DNA from: Nitrospirota bacterium | GTDB taxonomy: Bacteria; Nitrospirota; UBA9217 | Assembly (NCBI GenBank): GCA_963845065.1 | Contig: CAWJQQ010000008.1 | Location: forward strand, 192,001 to 256,000 | Length of the DNA: 64,000 nucleotides | Reading direction: 5' to 3' | In this document: positions 1 through 15,732 of the stretch, in pieces | Numbering within the stretch: the first letter of the stretch is position 1 | How the letters are laid out: each line of letters begins with the position of its first letter | Notes under the pieces: model-generated | The model's database searches: none | What the model was told of the DNA's origin: nothing | Seen by the model: only the letters and a program-made list of their open reading frames with translations | Made by a program: the position numbers and the translations under genes

Positions 1-51
1 GACAAAATAGATTGTTTTAGCTATTATTAGTATTCTGCGAACTATACATGG

Positions 52-74
52 TCTTTGAAAACTAAATAGGTGCA
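52..74 (+). promoter_or_regulatory. rrn leader boxA and 16S processing stalk
   Basis: TCTTTGAAAACT boxA-like; TCTTTGAAAACTAAATAGGTGC is complementary to GCACCTATTTAGTTTTGAAGGA at ~1791-1812; second boxA at ~2210. Confidence 0.8.
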
Positions 75-176
75 TTAAGTTCCAAACAGCTTTTTTAAGC
101 TTTTGGAACGGCGGGTTTTGGGTAACAAAAACTTGTCAAGTTACTTTGTGTAACTTTGCATAAAAGGATCAGCTTT

Positions 177-1745
<1,569 letters not shown>

Positions 1746-1896
1746 GAATAGAGATTACTTGTAATCTCTCATCTTAGGTCGTTCCTGCCAGCACCTATTT
1801 AGTTTTGAAGGACCATGAGCAATGCTCAGGGCTATAGGCATGGGTTCGGAGCTTTACCCCCGGGAAAAGTCCTGAGCCTGATAGAAGCGAAAGAGC

Positions 1897-1973
<77 letters not shown>

Positions 1974-2050
1974 AGTCAATTGCGGATTGCAGATTGCCGA
2001 TTGTTGATTGAAAAACGCCAATCAAAGGCCTGAAATCTAAAATTGTTATC

Positions 2051-2126
2051 GGGGCTGTAGCTCAGCTGGGAGAGCACCTGCTTTGCAAGCAGGGGGTCAG
2101 CGGTTCGATCCCGCTCAGCTCCACCA
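2051..2126 (+). tRNA. tRNA-Ala (TGC)
   Basis: GGGGCTGTAGCTCAG...TTTGCAA...GTTCGATCC...CCA. Confidence 0.98.
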
Positions 2127-2292
2127 AATAATTGAAAATTTAAAATTCAACATTCAAGCATTTGAGTATTGAATCTTGAATTTTGAATTCCCGAGCATGG
2201 CTCGGGATTGTTCTTTGACAACTGAATAAGCAAGGGTACAAGAAGAGCTGAGGCAATCAAGAAACGCCGAATCTGCCAGAGGCAGGTTCGGT

Positions 2293-5292
<3,000 letters not shown>

Positions 5293-5386
5293 CTATATTT
5301 ATTTATTCTCCAAATCTGCTTCTGACAGATTCGGCTTTTCGAAGTATTCTTGCTTATTCAGTGTCATTGATTATCGTTACAAGGTT

Positions 5387-5503
5387 TTCGGTGGCTATAC
5401 CGGAGGGGTCACACCCGTTCCCATCCCGAACACGGAAGTAAAGTCCTCCAGGGCCGATGATACTATGATCGAGAGGTCATGGGAAAGTAGGACGCTGCCG
5501 GAA
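5387..5503 (+). rRNA. rrf: 5S ribosomal RNA
   Basis: CACCCGTTCCCATCCCGAACACGGAAGTAAAG core, complementary ends. Confidence 0.97.
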
Positions 5504-5510
5504 TATTTTT

Positions 5511-5543
5511 AAGCCCATCATCAATCGATGATGGGCTTTTTTT
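5511..5543 (+). terminator. Rho-independent terminator of rRNA operon
   Basis: AAGCCCATCATC-AATC-GATGATGGGCTT followed by T-run. Confidence 0.9.
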
Positions 5544-5606
5544 GTTCATTTTCTTGCTGATTCATTTTCTTCTCCCGCTTTTCGCGGTATTTTTTTAGAG
5601 AGAGGA

Positions 5607-7148
5607 TTAATGCACATCCGCAGGGGGACCGCCTGCGGCAGGAGCTGCTCGCTGCATGATGATTACAAGTGGAAGAACACAGAGGATGAGGACGCAGATT
5701 GTCAGGAATGCATCGTTGAAGGCAAGGGTTGTTGATTGGCGAATCAATTCCCCATACATGATCCCGTTTGCGCCGGCTGGCGGAATTCCTTTTGAGCCAA
5801 GAAACGACGCCATTGCATTGTTCTGGAAATGGTAGGCAGTATTAAATGGCGACAGATGCCCCGCAAGCCTGGTCTGGTGGAATTGCGCGCGACGCGAAAG
5901 CATCGTCGTGGTAAATGCGATGCCGACACTGCCTCCGAGGTTCCGCAGCAGGTTGTACAAGGAACTGGCCTCGGTCATGTGTTCCCTCGGGATGTGAGAG
6001 AGCGTCATGGTTGTCAGAGGAATAAAGGTAAGCCCCATACCAAGGCCCAAGACAACCCTCGGCCAGACAAATGTCCAAAAATCCGCTGTGAGGTTTAAGC
6101 GGGACATCATGAAGGTGCTGACGGCGCAGAACGATATGCCAACGGCGAGAATACGCTTCGGATTCATTTTACTAACCAGTTTACCCGCAACCGGCATAGC
6201 GAGCAAGGTGGCGATACCGCCAGGTCCGAGTACGAGCCCCGCATAGAAAGACGTGTATCCCATGAGCGTTTGTAAAAAAATCGGAAGCAGAACGATGCTT
6301 CCGAAGAGGTTCAGGAAAACGAAGAACATGACCGTCGCACCGCTGGTGAAGGTCCGGTCCTTAAACAGCTTCAGGTTGACAACCGGATGCTCGGAATAAT
6401 ACTCGTTGATCACAAGGAATGTAAGGGAAACTACCGAGAGAATGGCTAACATGACGATGAAGTTTGATCCGAACCAATCCTCCCTTTCTCCTTTGTCGAG
6501 AACGAACTGGAGCGAGCCGAGACCCACGGCAAGAAAAATAAGTCCCCAGTAGTCGATCTTCATTTTCTGGCGCTGCATATACGGCGGATCTTTAATTACG
6601 ATGATGTTCATAATGATCGAGAGGATTCCGATCGGAATGTTGATGTAGAATATCCACCGCCAGGATAAGGAGTCGGTGATCCAGCCGCCCAGGACTGGAC
6701 CGACGATTGGACCAAACATGGCTCCCAGACCGAAGATGGCCATAGCCTGGCCATGCTTCTCCCGGGGAAAGGACTCGAGGAGAATGGACTGGCTGATGGG
6801 TACCAGGCCACCACCGCCAATTCCCTGAAGCACCCTAAAGAAGACAAGGCTGTTAAGGCTCCACGAAGAGCCGCACATAAAAGAACTGAACGTAAACAGG
6901 GCGATGGAGGCGATCTGGTAGTTTTTTCTTCCAATGAGTCGAGCTAGCCACCCTGCCATGGGGATGACTATCGCGTTTGATACGAGGTAGGCGGTGATTG
7001 TCCACGTGGACTCATCAATTCCCGCGGAGAGCGAGCCCCGGATGTGGTCAAGCGATACATTCACGACAGACGTGTCGATGATTTCGATCAGCGTCGGGAG
7101 CATTACCGTGAAGGCAATTAATCCTCTGCTCGCAGTCTTACTGCTCAT
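5607..7148 (-). CDS. emrB: DHA2 family MFS efflux permease (EmrB/QacA)
   Basis: Multi-TM hydrophobic protein, DTSVVNVSL and WRWIFYINIPIG motifs, in operon with HlyD and TolC genes. Confidence 0.92.
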   Translation of the reverse strand: MSSKTASRGLIAFTVMLPTLIEIIDTSVVNVSLDHIRGSLSAGIDESTWTITAYLVSNAIVIPMAGWLARLIGRKNYQIASIALFTFSSFMCGSSWSLNSLVFFRVLQGIGGGGLVPISQSILLESFPREKHGQAMAIFGLGAMFGPIVGPVLGGWITDSLSWRWIFYINIPIGILSIIMNIIVIKDPPYMQRQKMKIDYWGLIFLAVGLGSLQFVLDKGEREDWFGSNFIVMLAILSVVSLTFLVINEYYSEHPVVNLKLFKDRTFTSGATVMFFVFLNLFGSIVLLPIFLQTLMGYTSFYAGLVLGPGGIATLLAMPVAGKLVSKMNPKRILAVGISFCAVSTFMMSRLNLTADFWTFVWPRVVLGLGMGLTFIPLTTMTLSHIPREHMTEASSLYNLLRNLGGSVGIAFTTTMLSRRAQFHQTRLAGHLSPFNTAYHFQNNAMASFLGSKGIPPAGANGIMYGELIRQSTTLAFNDAFLTICVLILCVLPLVIIMQRAAPAAGGPPADVH

Positions 7149-8149
7149 TTTGTCAATACCGTCGGTTCCGCAGACATGCCGATTCTAAGCACATGGTCGC
7201 TGTCCGTTCCCTCTTGGAGAACGATCTTTATGGGTATTCGCTGGACTACTTTGACATAATTTCCAGTTGCATTTTCAGGAGGGAAAAGCGAAAAGGATAC
7301 ACCAGTGCCAGCCATGATGCTGTCGACTTTACCTTTAAAAACCTTGCCGGGGTACGTGTCTACTTCGATTTCCACGTCCTGGCCAGGACGGATATTTTCC
7401 ATCTGGGTTTCCTTGTAATTCGCAGTAACCCAAAGGTCATTGAGCGCAACTAATGCCATGAGCGGTTGATCTGCCTGGATCTGGTTGCCGATCTGAACCG
7501 ATCTTCTCGTGACGTATCCATCCACGGGAGAATAGAGCTTCGTGTACTCGAAATTGAGTTCTGCGAGCGTAGCCTGCGCATCCTTCTGTCTGATAGTTGA
7601 AACCTGGGTGACCTTCGCCGACTCGGCTGTCCGGAGCTGTTCCTCAGCTGCTTTGACCTGAGCCAGGTTAACCTCATAGCCAGTCATTGTCCGGTCGTAC
7701 TGCTCCTGAGGTATGACCTGCTCTGCAAAGAGCTTAACCGCTCGCTTCTTGTCCGTCTCTGCGAGCCTAAGATTTGCGCGTGCAAGGTCAAGGTTCGCCT
7801 TCGCGGACTCGATTTTCGTTTCCGCCTCGGAAAGCTTCGCCTTTTCGACACTGAGCGCCGATTTGGCCTCCTGCAGCCGCACGGAATTATCAACAGGGTC
7901 GATCTCCACCAAGAGGTCGCCCTTTTTTACGGACTGGTTGTCGTCGACATAAATAGCCTTCACCGTGCCGCTGATCTTGGCTGCAATTGTGTGGATATTC
8001 CCGTCGATAAAGGCATCATCAGTGGATATATGGGTTTTTCGATAGGAATTGTAGAAAAAAACTGTGATGAGCACGATGCAAATTGCAACGCCAGCAATCG
8101 CAAAGGCACGTTTCTTTTTCCCGATCGTATTCGTTTGTTCTTCAGCCAT
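7145..8149 (-). CDS. emrA: HlyD/EmrA family membrane fusion protein
   Basis: STDDAFIDG, LFPPENATGNYVKVVQRIPIKI motifs. Confidence 0.92.
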   Translation of the reverse strand: MAEEQTNTIGKKKRAFAIAGVAICIVLITVFFYNSYRKTHISTDDAFIDGNIHTIAAKISGTVKAIYVDDNQSVKKGDLLVEIDPVDNSVRLQEAKSALSVEKAKLSEAETKIESAKANLDLARANLRLAETDKKRAVKLFAEQVIPQEQYDRTMTGYEVNLAQVKAAEEQLRTAESAKVTQVSTIRQKDAQATLAELNFEYTKLYSPVDGYVTRRSVQIGNQIQADQPLMALVALNDLWVTANYKETQMENIRPGQDVEIEVDTYPGKVFKGKVDSIMAGTGVSFSLFPPENATGNYVKVVQRIPIKIVLQEGTDSDHVLRIGMSAEPTVLTK

Positions 8150-8216
8150 TCGTCGTTCTCCTTGAGTAACAATATTACTTTACTGCTAGGATTCCGTAAT
8201 CGATTTCCATGAAAAA

Positions 8217-9524
8217 TTATTCTCCATAAACGCTAGCAAGGTCTCTTCCCACCGAATAGAGCAACTGGGCCTCTGCACGGCCGACCCCGTAAAGTGATTT
8301 CCAGGAATTCGATTCCGCAGTCGTCATGAGCGTAACCGCATCGAGCTCATCCGTCGCGGTGGCGACGCCTTCGTGGTAGCGGAGCCGCTGAAGCCGTAAA
8401 TTTTCTTCAGCCGAGGCGACCGCTGTCTTCGTGACTTCGATTTTTTGCTGCGAGCTTTGTAAATCGAGGTAGGCACCCTCGACTGCGAGGTGGATGTTAT
8501 CTAGCACTTTGTCCCGCGTGAGCTTTAGCGACCGGAGCTCGCTCATAGCAATGCCCACTTTTGAACTGCTCGCTCCTCCTGAAAAGAGATTGATGTTTAC
8601 TCCGGCGATCAACGACCAGTTGTCGGGATGAACCATGTACTTGTTCTCCGTATATTCATAGCCGCCGGAAAGGTAAAGCGTGGGAAAGTACTCCGCTTCT
8701 GTTGCCCGAACGTTTTCCTCTTTCGCTGCGATCCGAGCATCCATGTCTTTGAGTTCAGGGCTTTCCTCTTCGGCGATCTTCCACGCTTCATCGAGAGTCA
8801 TTCCGGTAGCGGGATGAACTTTGACCTCTTCAACCACGACCGGCTCATTGAGAGGCCTTAAGAGAAGGCTGTTAAGCTTCGATGCCAGGAGGGAACGCAG
8901 ATTCTCAGCAGTTACCAATCGCTGGCGGGAGTCCGACAGCGTAGCATCAGCCTGGAGCACGTCATTCTTCGTAATGACTCCCGCACTGTACCGTGCTTCG
9001 GCGTCACTCTTATGTGCTTCAACATTTTTTACTTCCTCGCTTGCGACTTGAAGGAGCTTCTCTGCCTCGAGAAGATCGAAGTAAGAAACGATAAAATCCA
9101 AAGCTGTTTGGTTCCTCGTGCTTTGCGTTTCGATCTGGCGTGCTTTAACTCCGTACTGAGCTGCATTGATGGAAGACGACGTTTTGCCGAAGTCGTACAG
9201 GAGCTGATTGGCCTGTACGCCATAGCTGAGATACTGGTCCTGTGATTCCTGCGCTGTCAGAACACCCGTCGGCAAATAGAACTTGCCTGTGGGCGTATAC
9301 GCAAGCCACGTTTGGTTCCCGTAAAGATTAACAGAGGGCAGCCATGGAGATCGTGCGAGGGTAACAGCTGACCGGGCAGCATCTTCATCACTTCGAGCGA
9401 TCTTGACGTCCCGACCGTATTCTACGGCGATTTTTACACCTTCTTCCAGAGTCAATGCATGACTGCTTAACGGAACAATGAACATGCTGAATGATAAAAC
9501 CGCTACAAAGTATATACGGCTCAT
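8217..9524 (-). CDS. TolC family outer membrane efflux protein
   Basis: Signal peptide, repeated OEP helical halves, LYDFG motif, operon context. Confidence 0.9.
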   Translation of the reverse strand: MSRIYFVAVLSFSMFIVPLSSHALTLEEGVKIAVEYGRDVKIARSDEDAARSAVTLARSPWLPSVNLYGNQTWLAYTPTGKFYLPTGVLTAQESQDQYLSYGVQANQLLYDFGKTSSSINAAQYGVKARQIETQSTRNQTALDFIVSYFDLLEAEKLLQVASEEVKNVEAHKSDAEARYSAGVITKNDVLQADATLSDSRQRLVTAENLRSLLASKLNSLLLRPLNEPVVVEEVKVHPATGMTLDEAWKIAEEESPELKDMDARIAAKEENVRATEAEYFPTLYLSGGYEYTENKYMVHPDNWSLIAGVNINLFSGGASSSKVGIAMSELRSLKLTRDKVLDNIHLAVEGAYLDLQSSQQKIEVTKTAVASAEENLRLQRLRYHEGVATATDELDAVTLMTTAESNSWKSLYGVGRAEAQLLYSVGRDLASVYGE

Positions 9525-9715
9525 AGCGTAACCTTGTCCTCCATAGGGTAGTTAAAATGTAAGTAAGTGCTATATTACACAAAAGCAACTAGAAAAGAAA
9601 GTTTTTTATGTATGAATGAATTGGCGCCTAATCAATATCATGCCGATCCTTTACTTGTTGTTTTCTTTGGTGATAAGTAGTACTTTTAAATAAAATGTTA
9701 AGGAGCAGGTGAAAC

Positions 9716-10639
9716 ATGCGACAAGTAATATCCGCAAGCAGGCGCACCGACATACCGGCATTCTATTCCGAATGGCTCGCCATAAGGCTCAGAGCGGGAT
9801 TCGTGCTGGTGCGGCAGCCTTATTCAGGGAGGTATGCAGCAGTATCCTTGAAACCGGAGGACGTAACGGCGATTGTCTTCTGGTCCAAAAATTATGCGCC
9901 GCTCCTTCCAAAGCTGGAACAGGTAGAACGGACTACCAAGAACCTCTTTTTCCATTTTACTATCACCGCGAACCAGGAAATGGAACCCGGCGTCCCCGAC
10001 TACAAGGACGCGATAAGCGACTACCTGTTCCTTGGCCGACGATATTCAGCCGGGCACATTGTTTGGCGCTTCGATCCTCTCTGCATAACTGACAAAATTT
10101 CCTATGAAATTCATGAGGAGCGATTTGCACGTTGTGCTGAAAAGTTTCGCGCTGTTGCGAGCAGATGCATTATCAGCTTTGTGCATCCTTATAAGAAGGT
10201 GCTCATGCATATGGAAAAACATGGCGACGACAGACTGATTAAACTTTCACCGGAAACAAAGCGTTGGTATGCGCTTCGTTTGGCTACCAGGGCAAAGCAA
10301 TACGGCATCGGGCTCTTCGCGTGCTGCAACGACTATCTACTCTCGGACGCAGTACAAAAAGCAAGCTGCATCGATGCGCACTATCTGTCCGAGCTCTATC
10401 AAACGCCGCTCGATACTAGATCGGCCTCGACGAGGGAGGAGTGCGCCTGCACAAAAAGTGTCGACATCGGAGCGTATGATACGTGCGCACACGGGTGTTT
10501 GTATTGCTATGCCAATTCGGATCAAGTCCGGGCGCGGGCTGCCCTTATGCGGCACGAACCCACGTGGAATGCTCTCGGGGAGCAGGTTCCTGAGGTGCAT
10601 TATGAGTCGGAGAAAGCGCAGCAATCGTTTCTCCTATGA
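9716..10639 (+). CDS. DUF1848 family protein (C-terminal CxxxCxxC Fe-S motif)
   Basis: ISASRRTDIPAFY N-terminus; DIGAYDTCAHGCLYCYAN. Confidence 0.9.
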   Translation: MRQVISASRRTDIPAFYSEWLAIRLRAGFVLVRQPYSGRYAAVSLKPEDVTAIVFWSKNYAPLLPKLEQVERTTKNLFFHFTITANQEMEPGVPDYKDAISDYLFLGRRYSAGHIVWRFDPLCITDKISYEIHEERFARCAEKFRAVASRCIISFVHPYKKVLMHMEKHGDDRLIKLSPETKRWYALRLATRAKQYGIGLFACCNDYLLSDAVQKASCIDAHYLSELYQTPLDTRSASTREECACTKSVDIGAYDTCAHGCLYCYANSDQVRARAALMRHEPTWNALGEQVPEVHYESEKAQQSFLL

Positions 10640-10962
10640 GGGGCAAATAACAATTTTTGATTCGCATTCTGCATGAAGTCTTAGCTTGTTCTTCAAATGT
10701 GACTAAGGTCAATCATGACGCATGAAGCCTGCCCTGAACATTCATCCATTCTCGGACGCTTTTCAATCAGTGAGATGAAAGGCAATGTCTAGCGACGAGT
10801 GGAAACAGCGCTTTTCACCACGACATTTGTGAGAGTACGCATGAAAGAACGATCTTTTCCTTGATTATTGAAGTGGCAGGCGTTATCCTTTTTAAGCAGG
10901 TTTTGGTTGAAGCGGCGTAACGAGGGATCGTTGAAGCCACAAAAAACAGGAAGGAAGTTGCC

Positions 10963-12159
10963 ATGATCAGAAGCAAACGTCTAGCCATCCTTTTAATTCT
11001 TTTTCCCCTTTTTGCCTGCACACCGCCGCCTAGAACTATAACGAAGCCTGAGGATGCGATTGCGCCCATCTCGTGGTGGAAAGCAACAACACCGGCGGAT
11101 GACCTGGTGTTCAAGGACGTTGCGGCAGCCGTGCATGAGAGCCTGGAATACTATAAGAAACTGCCACAGGACTCGGCCTTCTTTCTGGGAACCGATAAAG
11201 TGACTGCGCTGGACATGGTTGTTACACTCCAAAATTTTTTGCTGATTGTAGAGAACGATTCACTTACTCAAGAACAGAAGCTCAATCGCATTAAAAAGAA
11301 TTTTCTTCTTTATCGATCAATAGGTTCGGACGGCAACGGCAAGATGCTGTTCACCGGCTACTACGAGCCTTTGCTCTCATGCCGGACCACCGCAGACGAA
11401 ACTTTTCGTTACCCCATTTACCGCAAACCCGATGACATCATTGAAATTGACCTTACGCTGTTTGGAAACGGTTTTCCCCAAAACAAGATTTTTGGCAGGC
11501 TCGACGGCAAAAAAATAGTTCCCTACTATTCACGGGAAGAAATCGACAAGAAAAAAGTTCTCGCCGGCAGGGATCTCGAGATCCTATGGTGCTCCGACAT
11601 CGTTGATATCTATGTGCTGCAGGTGCAGGGTTCGGGCAAGGTGGACCTCGGGGACGGGAATGTCCTTTCCGTGCTCTATGATGGCCAGAATGGCAGGCCC
11701 TACAAGAGCATCGGTAAATACCTGATTGACATAGGAGCGGTCTCGAAGGAGAACATGTCTCTGCAAACGATACGTGAGTATTTACGTTCTCATCCGGACA
11801 GACTGAATGATGTCCTGAGCCAAAATCAGAGCTATGTCTTCTTCAGGCTCGCTACCGGCCCATCGCTCGGAAACATCGGCGTGCCGCTGACACCGGGAAG
11901 ATCGATTGCCACGGACAGCAAACTTTTCCCGAAAGGGGCTCTCGGATTCATCGCAACCCAGAAGGCGGTGATAGAGAACGGCGCGATTAAGTCATGGGTG
12001 CCGTTCACGCGTTTCGTGATGAACCAGGACACGGGTGGGGCGATCAAGGGACCGGGGCGAGCCGACATCTTTTTCGGCCAGGGTCCCGACGCAGAACTTG
12101 CTGCCGGGCACCAGCAGCATGAGGGGGAGCTGTATTTTCTGCTAAGGAAGAAACCGTAA
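10963..12159 (+). CDS. mltA: Membrane-bound lytic murein transglycosylase A (lipoprotein)
   Basis: Lipobox LFAC, FTGYYEP, QVQGSG, QDTGGAIKGPGRADIFFG. Confidence 0.93.
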   Translation: MIRSKRLAILLILFPLFACTPPPRTITKPEDAIAPISWWKATTPADDLVFKDVAAAVHESLEYYKKLPQDSAFFLGTDKVTALDMVVTLQNFLLIVENDSLTQEQKLNRIKKNFLLYRSIGSDGNGKMLFTGYYEPLLSCRTTADETFRYPIYRKPDDIIEIDLTLFGNGFPQNKIFGRLDGKKIVPYYSREEIDKKKVLAGRDLEILWCSDIVDIYVLQVQGSGKVDLGDGNVLSVLYDGQNGRPYKSIGKYLIDIGAVSKENMSLQTIREYLRSHPDRLNDVLSQNQSYVFFRLATGPSLGNIGVPLTPGRSIATDSKLFPKGALGFIATQKAVIENGAIKSWVPFTRFVMNQDTGGAIKGPGRADIFFGQGPDAELAAGHQQHEGELYFLLRKKP

Positions 12160-12601
12160 GCGATAAAACGGTAAGGGGGAGACCCGAGGAGAATACATGC
12201 GAAGTTTGTATTTATCTGCCGAGCTCCGTTATGCCATTTTTCTGAGTTATAAATTAATCGCCCTCGGATAATAATCGAATAAAACAGATTCGTTTTTTTC
12301 CAACTCCAGCTCTAGGTTCCACTGCATTACCTGTTCACAGTGTTCGTAGCGCCTGATAATATCTTTCCTTCGTGTTGCAGACTGGTAGCGAACGATATTC
12401 TAATTGACGGCAAAATTTCTGATTGCATGAGTCGGAGAGAAAGTGTCGTTAGTGGAATTTCAGCGTCGCGCTGCCGTCTACTGGTGGATCAGCAAGAGGG
12501 GCAGCATCTGACAGCGCGCGAATATACCGGACCTGAAACCCGCTCCCTCATCCAATGGACCAATAGCATCGTCAAGTTTTGCTGTGAGGTATGTATCTTT
12601 C

Positions 12602-12630
12602 TTGACAACCGGTAATCCAGTGCCTACACT
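12602..12630 (+). promoter_or_regulatory. sigma70-type promoter of Lon-like gene
   Basis: TTGACA-17bp-TACACT, upstream of GGAGG RBS and ATG at 12662. Confidence 0.6.
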
Positions 12631-12661
12631 TAAAGCTAGAGCGTTTGTTGAAGGAGGCCGC

Positions 12662-15118
12662 ATGAACATCCAGGAACGAGAAGTAGGGCTGAGTGAACTT
12701 CGCCATGTCTGCGACATTGCGGAATTTGCGTTTCAAAACACTGACGAACTTGCACGAAAAGAAGAAGTGATCGGTCAGGCGCGGGCCGTGAGGGCGATTG
12801 AGTTCGGCCTCTCGATCAAAAACCACGGCTACAACATCTTTGTCTCCGGCGTCCCGGGCACAGGCAGAAACTCCATTGCTCGGTCGATCGTCAAACGTAT
12901 TTCTCAGAACATGCCGGTGCCGGATGACTGGTGTTTCATTAATAATTTCAAGGACCCCGATCGGCCACGTGCCATCAAGCTGCCCCCCGGAAAGGGCGGT
13001 GAGTTCCGGCACGATATCGAAAAATTTATCGAGTTCATACAAAGCGAGCTTCCCAAGGTCTTTGAATCTAAGGAGTACGAGGAACAGAAGTCGAGTATCT
13101 TAGAAGGGTCCGAAAGGGCTAAGGAGGTCCTGTTCAGCGACGCTGGAAAACGTGCGCAAGAAGTGGGGTTCCAGCTTACAATCACCCGTACCGGCATCGT
13201 CAAGGTCCCTTTGTGGAGGGGCAAGCCGCTCCAGCCGCAGGAACTTGAGGAACTGTCCGCGGAGCAGAAGCGAGAGCTGGAAGAGCACGAGAAAAAAGTT
13301 GATTCCGAGATACGTGATTTCCTTGCCAAGGCACGTCAACTCGACAAAGAAGCCCACGAGAAAGTCCATGAGTTGAACCGGCGAGTTGCGCATTTCGCCA
13401 TGGGCCACCAGCTTGATGACTTTCGAGAAAAATTTCGAATCAATCCGCACATCTCCGAGTTTCTGGGTGAAATGGAAGATGACATTCTCGGTAATCTGCG
13501 GGAGTTTCTAGGACAGACGCCGGAGCTGCCGTTCCCCATCGAGGGCATGGATAAGGCGAGCTTCCTCGAACGCTACAAGGTAAACCTTATTGTCGACAAC
13601 TCAGAGACCAAGGGAGGCCCGGTTATTGAGGAGGTAAACCCCACGTACAATAATCTGGTGGGTCGCATCGAACGCAAAGCGCGCTTCGGCGCGTTTTACA
13701 CCAACTTCTCAATGATCCGGTCCGGCTCACTCCTGCAGGCCAACGGCGGTTATCTTCTCTTGAACGCCATCGACGTGCTCCGGAGCCCTTTCTCATGGGA
13801 CGCACTCAAGCGCGTCATCAAGAAGAACGAGGTGAAGATTGAGGACCTCATGGAACTCTACGGCTACGGCACTGGCGGCATCAAGCCGGAGCCTATCCCC
13901 ATCTCGCTCAAAATCATCATGCTTGGAAGCCCCTGGCTCTACTACCTTCTCTATAATTACGACGAGGACTTCAAGGACATCTTCAAGGTCAAGTCGGATT
14001 TTGATACCCAGACCACGAGTTCAAAGGACGAAATGATGCGGTATGCCGTGTTTATCGCGAACATGGCGCAGAGTGACGGCCTCCTTCCTTTCGACCGAAG
14101 CGCCGTGGGAACCATCGTAGAACATGCCTCGCGGCTTGCTGAGAAGAAGAACAAGCTCTCGCTCCGTTTCAGCGACCTTACGGATTTGGTACGCGAGTCG
14201 TCGTACTGGGCCACGCAGGCCGGACAGAAGGCCGTGATGAGTGAACATGTAGACAAGGCCCTGAATGAAAAAATCTACCGTGCCAATCTGGTCGATGAAC
14301 GCATCCAGGAAATGTTCACCGAAGGAACGATCATGGTCGACGTGTCGGGCTCAGCGGTCGCGCAGGTGAACGGCTTGTCAGTATACGACATCGGCGATTT
14401 CTATTTCGGCAAGCCGTCGCGCATCACGAGCCGGGTTTACCTCGGCAGATCAGGAGTGATCGACATCGAGCGCGAGGCCAAGCTCTCGGGACGCATCTAC
14501 AACAAGGGGGTGCTCATTCTTTCGGGCTACCTTGGTGGTACTTATGCCAGAGACAAGCCGCTGTCTTTGTCCGCTACGCTTGCCTTTGAACAGAGTTACG
14601 GCGAGGTCGAAGGCGACAGTGCCTCGGCGGCAGAGCTCATCGCGCTCATCTCCGGTATTGCCGAAGTGCCGATCAAACAGAACTTTGCCATTACCGGCTC
14701 GATAAATCAGAAGGGTGAAATCCAGCCCATCGGCGGCGTGAACGAAAAAATCGAAGGATTTTTCAGCGTATGCAAGAACCTGGGTCTCACGGGCGACCAG
14801 GGCGTGATTATCCCGGAGCTCAACGTGAAGAACCTGATGTTGAAGAAAGAAGTAGTCGATGCAGCGAGGGAAGGAAAATTTCACGTCTATTCGGTCAGGA
14901 CCGTGGGTGAGGCGATCGAATTGCTGACCGGTTTGCCTTCGGGCGAGCGCAAGGAAGACGGATCGTATCCGGAAGGCTCCGTGAATTTCCTCGTCGACAA
15001 ACGACTCAATGAGATGTCAAAGAAACTGAAGACTGAAGACAAAGGGGAGGAAAAAAAGGAGAAGAAAGAAGAGAACGACGAAGCGGCCCCAGAGAAGTCC
15101 CCGGAGCCGGGAGCATAG
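12662..15118 (+). CDS. Lon-like (LonC-type) AAA protease
   Basis: GQARA, degenerate Walker A GVPGTGR, EGDSAS catalytic Ser, IGGVNEKIEGF Lys; start chosen from RBS. Confidence 0.9.
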   Translation: MNIQEREVGLSELRHVCDIAEFAFQNTDELARKEEVIGQARAVRAIEFGLSIKNHGYNIFVSGVPGTGRNSIARSIVKRISQNMPVPDDWCFINNFKDPDRPRAIKLPPGKGGEFRHDIEKFIEFIQSELPKVFESKEYEEQKSSILEGSERAKEVLFSDAGKRAQEVGFQLTITRTGIVKVPLWRGKPLQPQELEELSAEQKRELEEHEKKVDSEIRDFLAKARQLDKEAHEKVHELNRRVAHFAMGHQLDDFREKFRINPHISEFLGEMEDDILGNLREFLGQTPELPFPIEGMDKASFLERYKVNLIVDNSETKGGPVIEEVNPTYNNLVGRIERKARFGAFYTNFSMIRSGSLLQANGGYLLLNAIDVLRSPFSWDALKRVIKKNEVKIEDLMELYGYGTGGIKPEPIPISLKIIMLGSPWLYYLLYNYDEDFKDIFKVKSDFDTQTTSSKDEMMRYAVFIANMAQSDGLLPFDRSAVGTIVEHASRLAEKKNKLSLRFSDLTDLVRESSYWATQAGQKAVMSEHVDKALNEKIYRANLVDERIQEMFTEGTIMVDVSGSAVAQVNGLSVYDIGDFYFGKPSRITSRVYLGRSGVIDIEREAKLSGRIYNKGVLILSGYLGGTYARDKPLSLSATLAFEQSYGEVEGDSASAAELIALISGIAEVPIKQNFAITGSINQKGEIQPIGGVNEKIEGFFSVCKNLGLTGDQGVIIPELNVKNLMLKKEVVDAAREGKFHVYSVRTVGEAIELLTGLPSGERKEDGSYPEGSVNFLVDKRLNEMSKKLKTEDKGEEKKEKKEENDEAAPEKSPEPGA

Positions 15119-15262
15119 TTTTGAGAAGATGGCTCAAGTGAGTCGAATGGTTTATGGCGCAGCCTAGATTCGGTGAATGATGGGTGGGATGTTGAAATCA
15201 GCCCGGTTTCGCTCAAACTCGTCGGCAAAGTTTAAACTGCCTTACTTAGTGAAAGGGTTTCC

Positions 15263-15535
15263 ATGCACTGGAAAAAACGCATTATCGTTTTCCTCATTCT
15301 GCTTTTCCTTGTTTCCACGTTCGTGGCAGTATCGCACCACCATGAAAATACAGCGGATGACCACGACTGCCCAATCTGTATTGCAATTAATCATGCGTCT
15401 GCAACCAGCCAATGGATGGTTGCTTTTGATAACGTCCACTATGCCTTAATAGAAACGACAGTTGCCGCTTCCTCGCCAGTTTTTACCGATAATCTCTTTT
15501 CCTATTCCCTACGCAATCGCGCACCGCCAGTATAA
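15263..15535 (+). CDS. DUF2946/CruR-like leader protein with CxxC and C-terminal RAPP motif
   Basis: N-terminal hydrophobic segment, HHH...HDCPIC, ends RNRAPPV-stop, precedes metal-uptake operon. Confidence 0.8.
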   Translation: MHWKKRIIVFLILLFLVSTFVAVSHHHENTADDHDCPICIAINHASATSQWMVAFDNVHYALIETTVAASSPVFTDNLFSYSLRNRAPPV

Positions 15536-15732
15536 ATACCCGCAAGTTTGCATCTCACTATCTAATGGTAAGAGCGGGACTACCCTATCGATATTCAGTT
15601 GGTCACAAAGGGAAGCTGCCTTCTTAATCTTTCCGCAATGGCTTATTTCTTTCAGGAAAATTGAGTACGAGCTCAATAAAGAGCCCGTTCGATCCATTTA
15701 CACGCATAATTAACTCTTTCACGGAGGGTCTT

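Noticed and set aside
12160..12600. 91-aa ORF or possible ncRNA between mltA and the Lon-like gene
   Set aside because: No RBS, recognisable motif or RNA family; may be a gene remnant but unsupported
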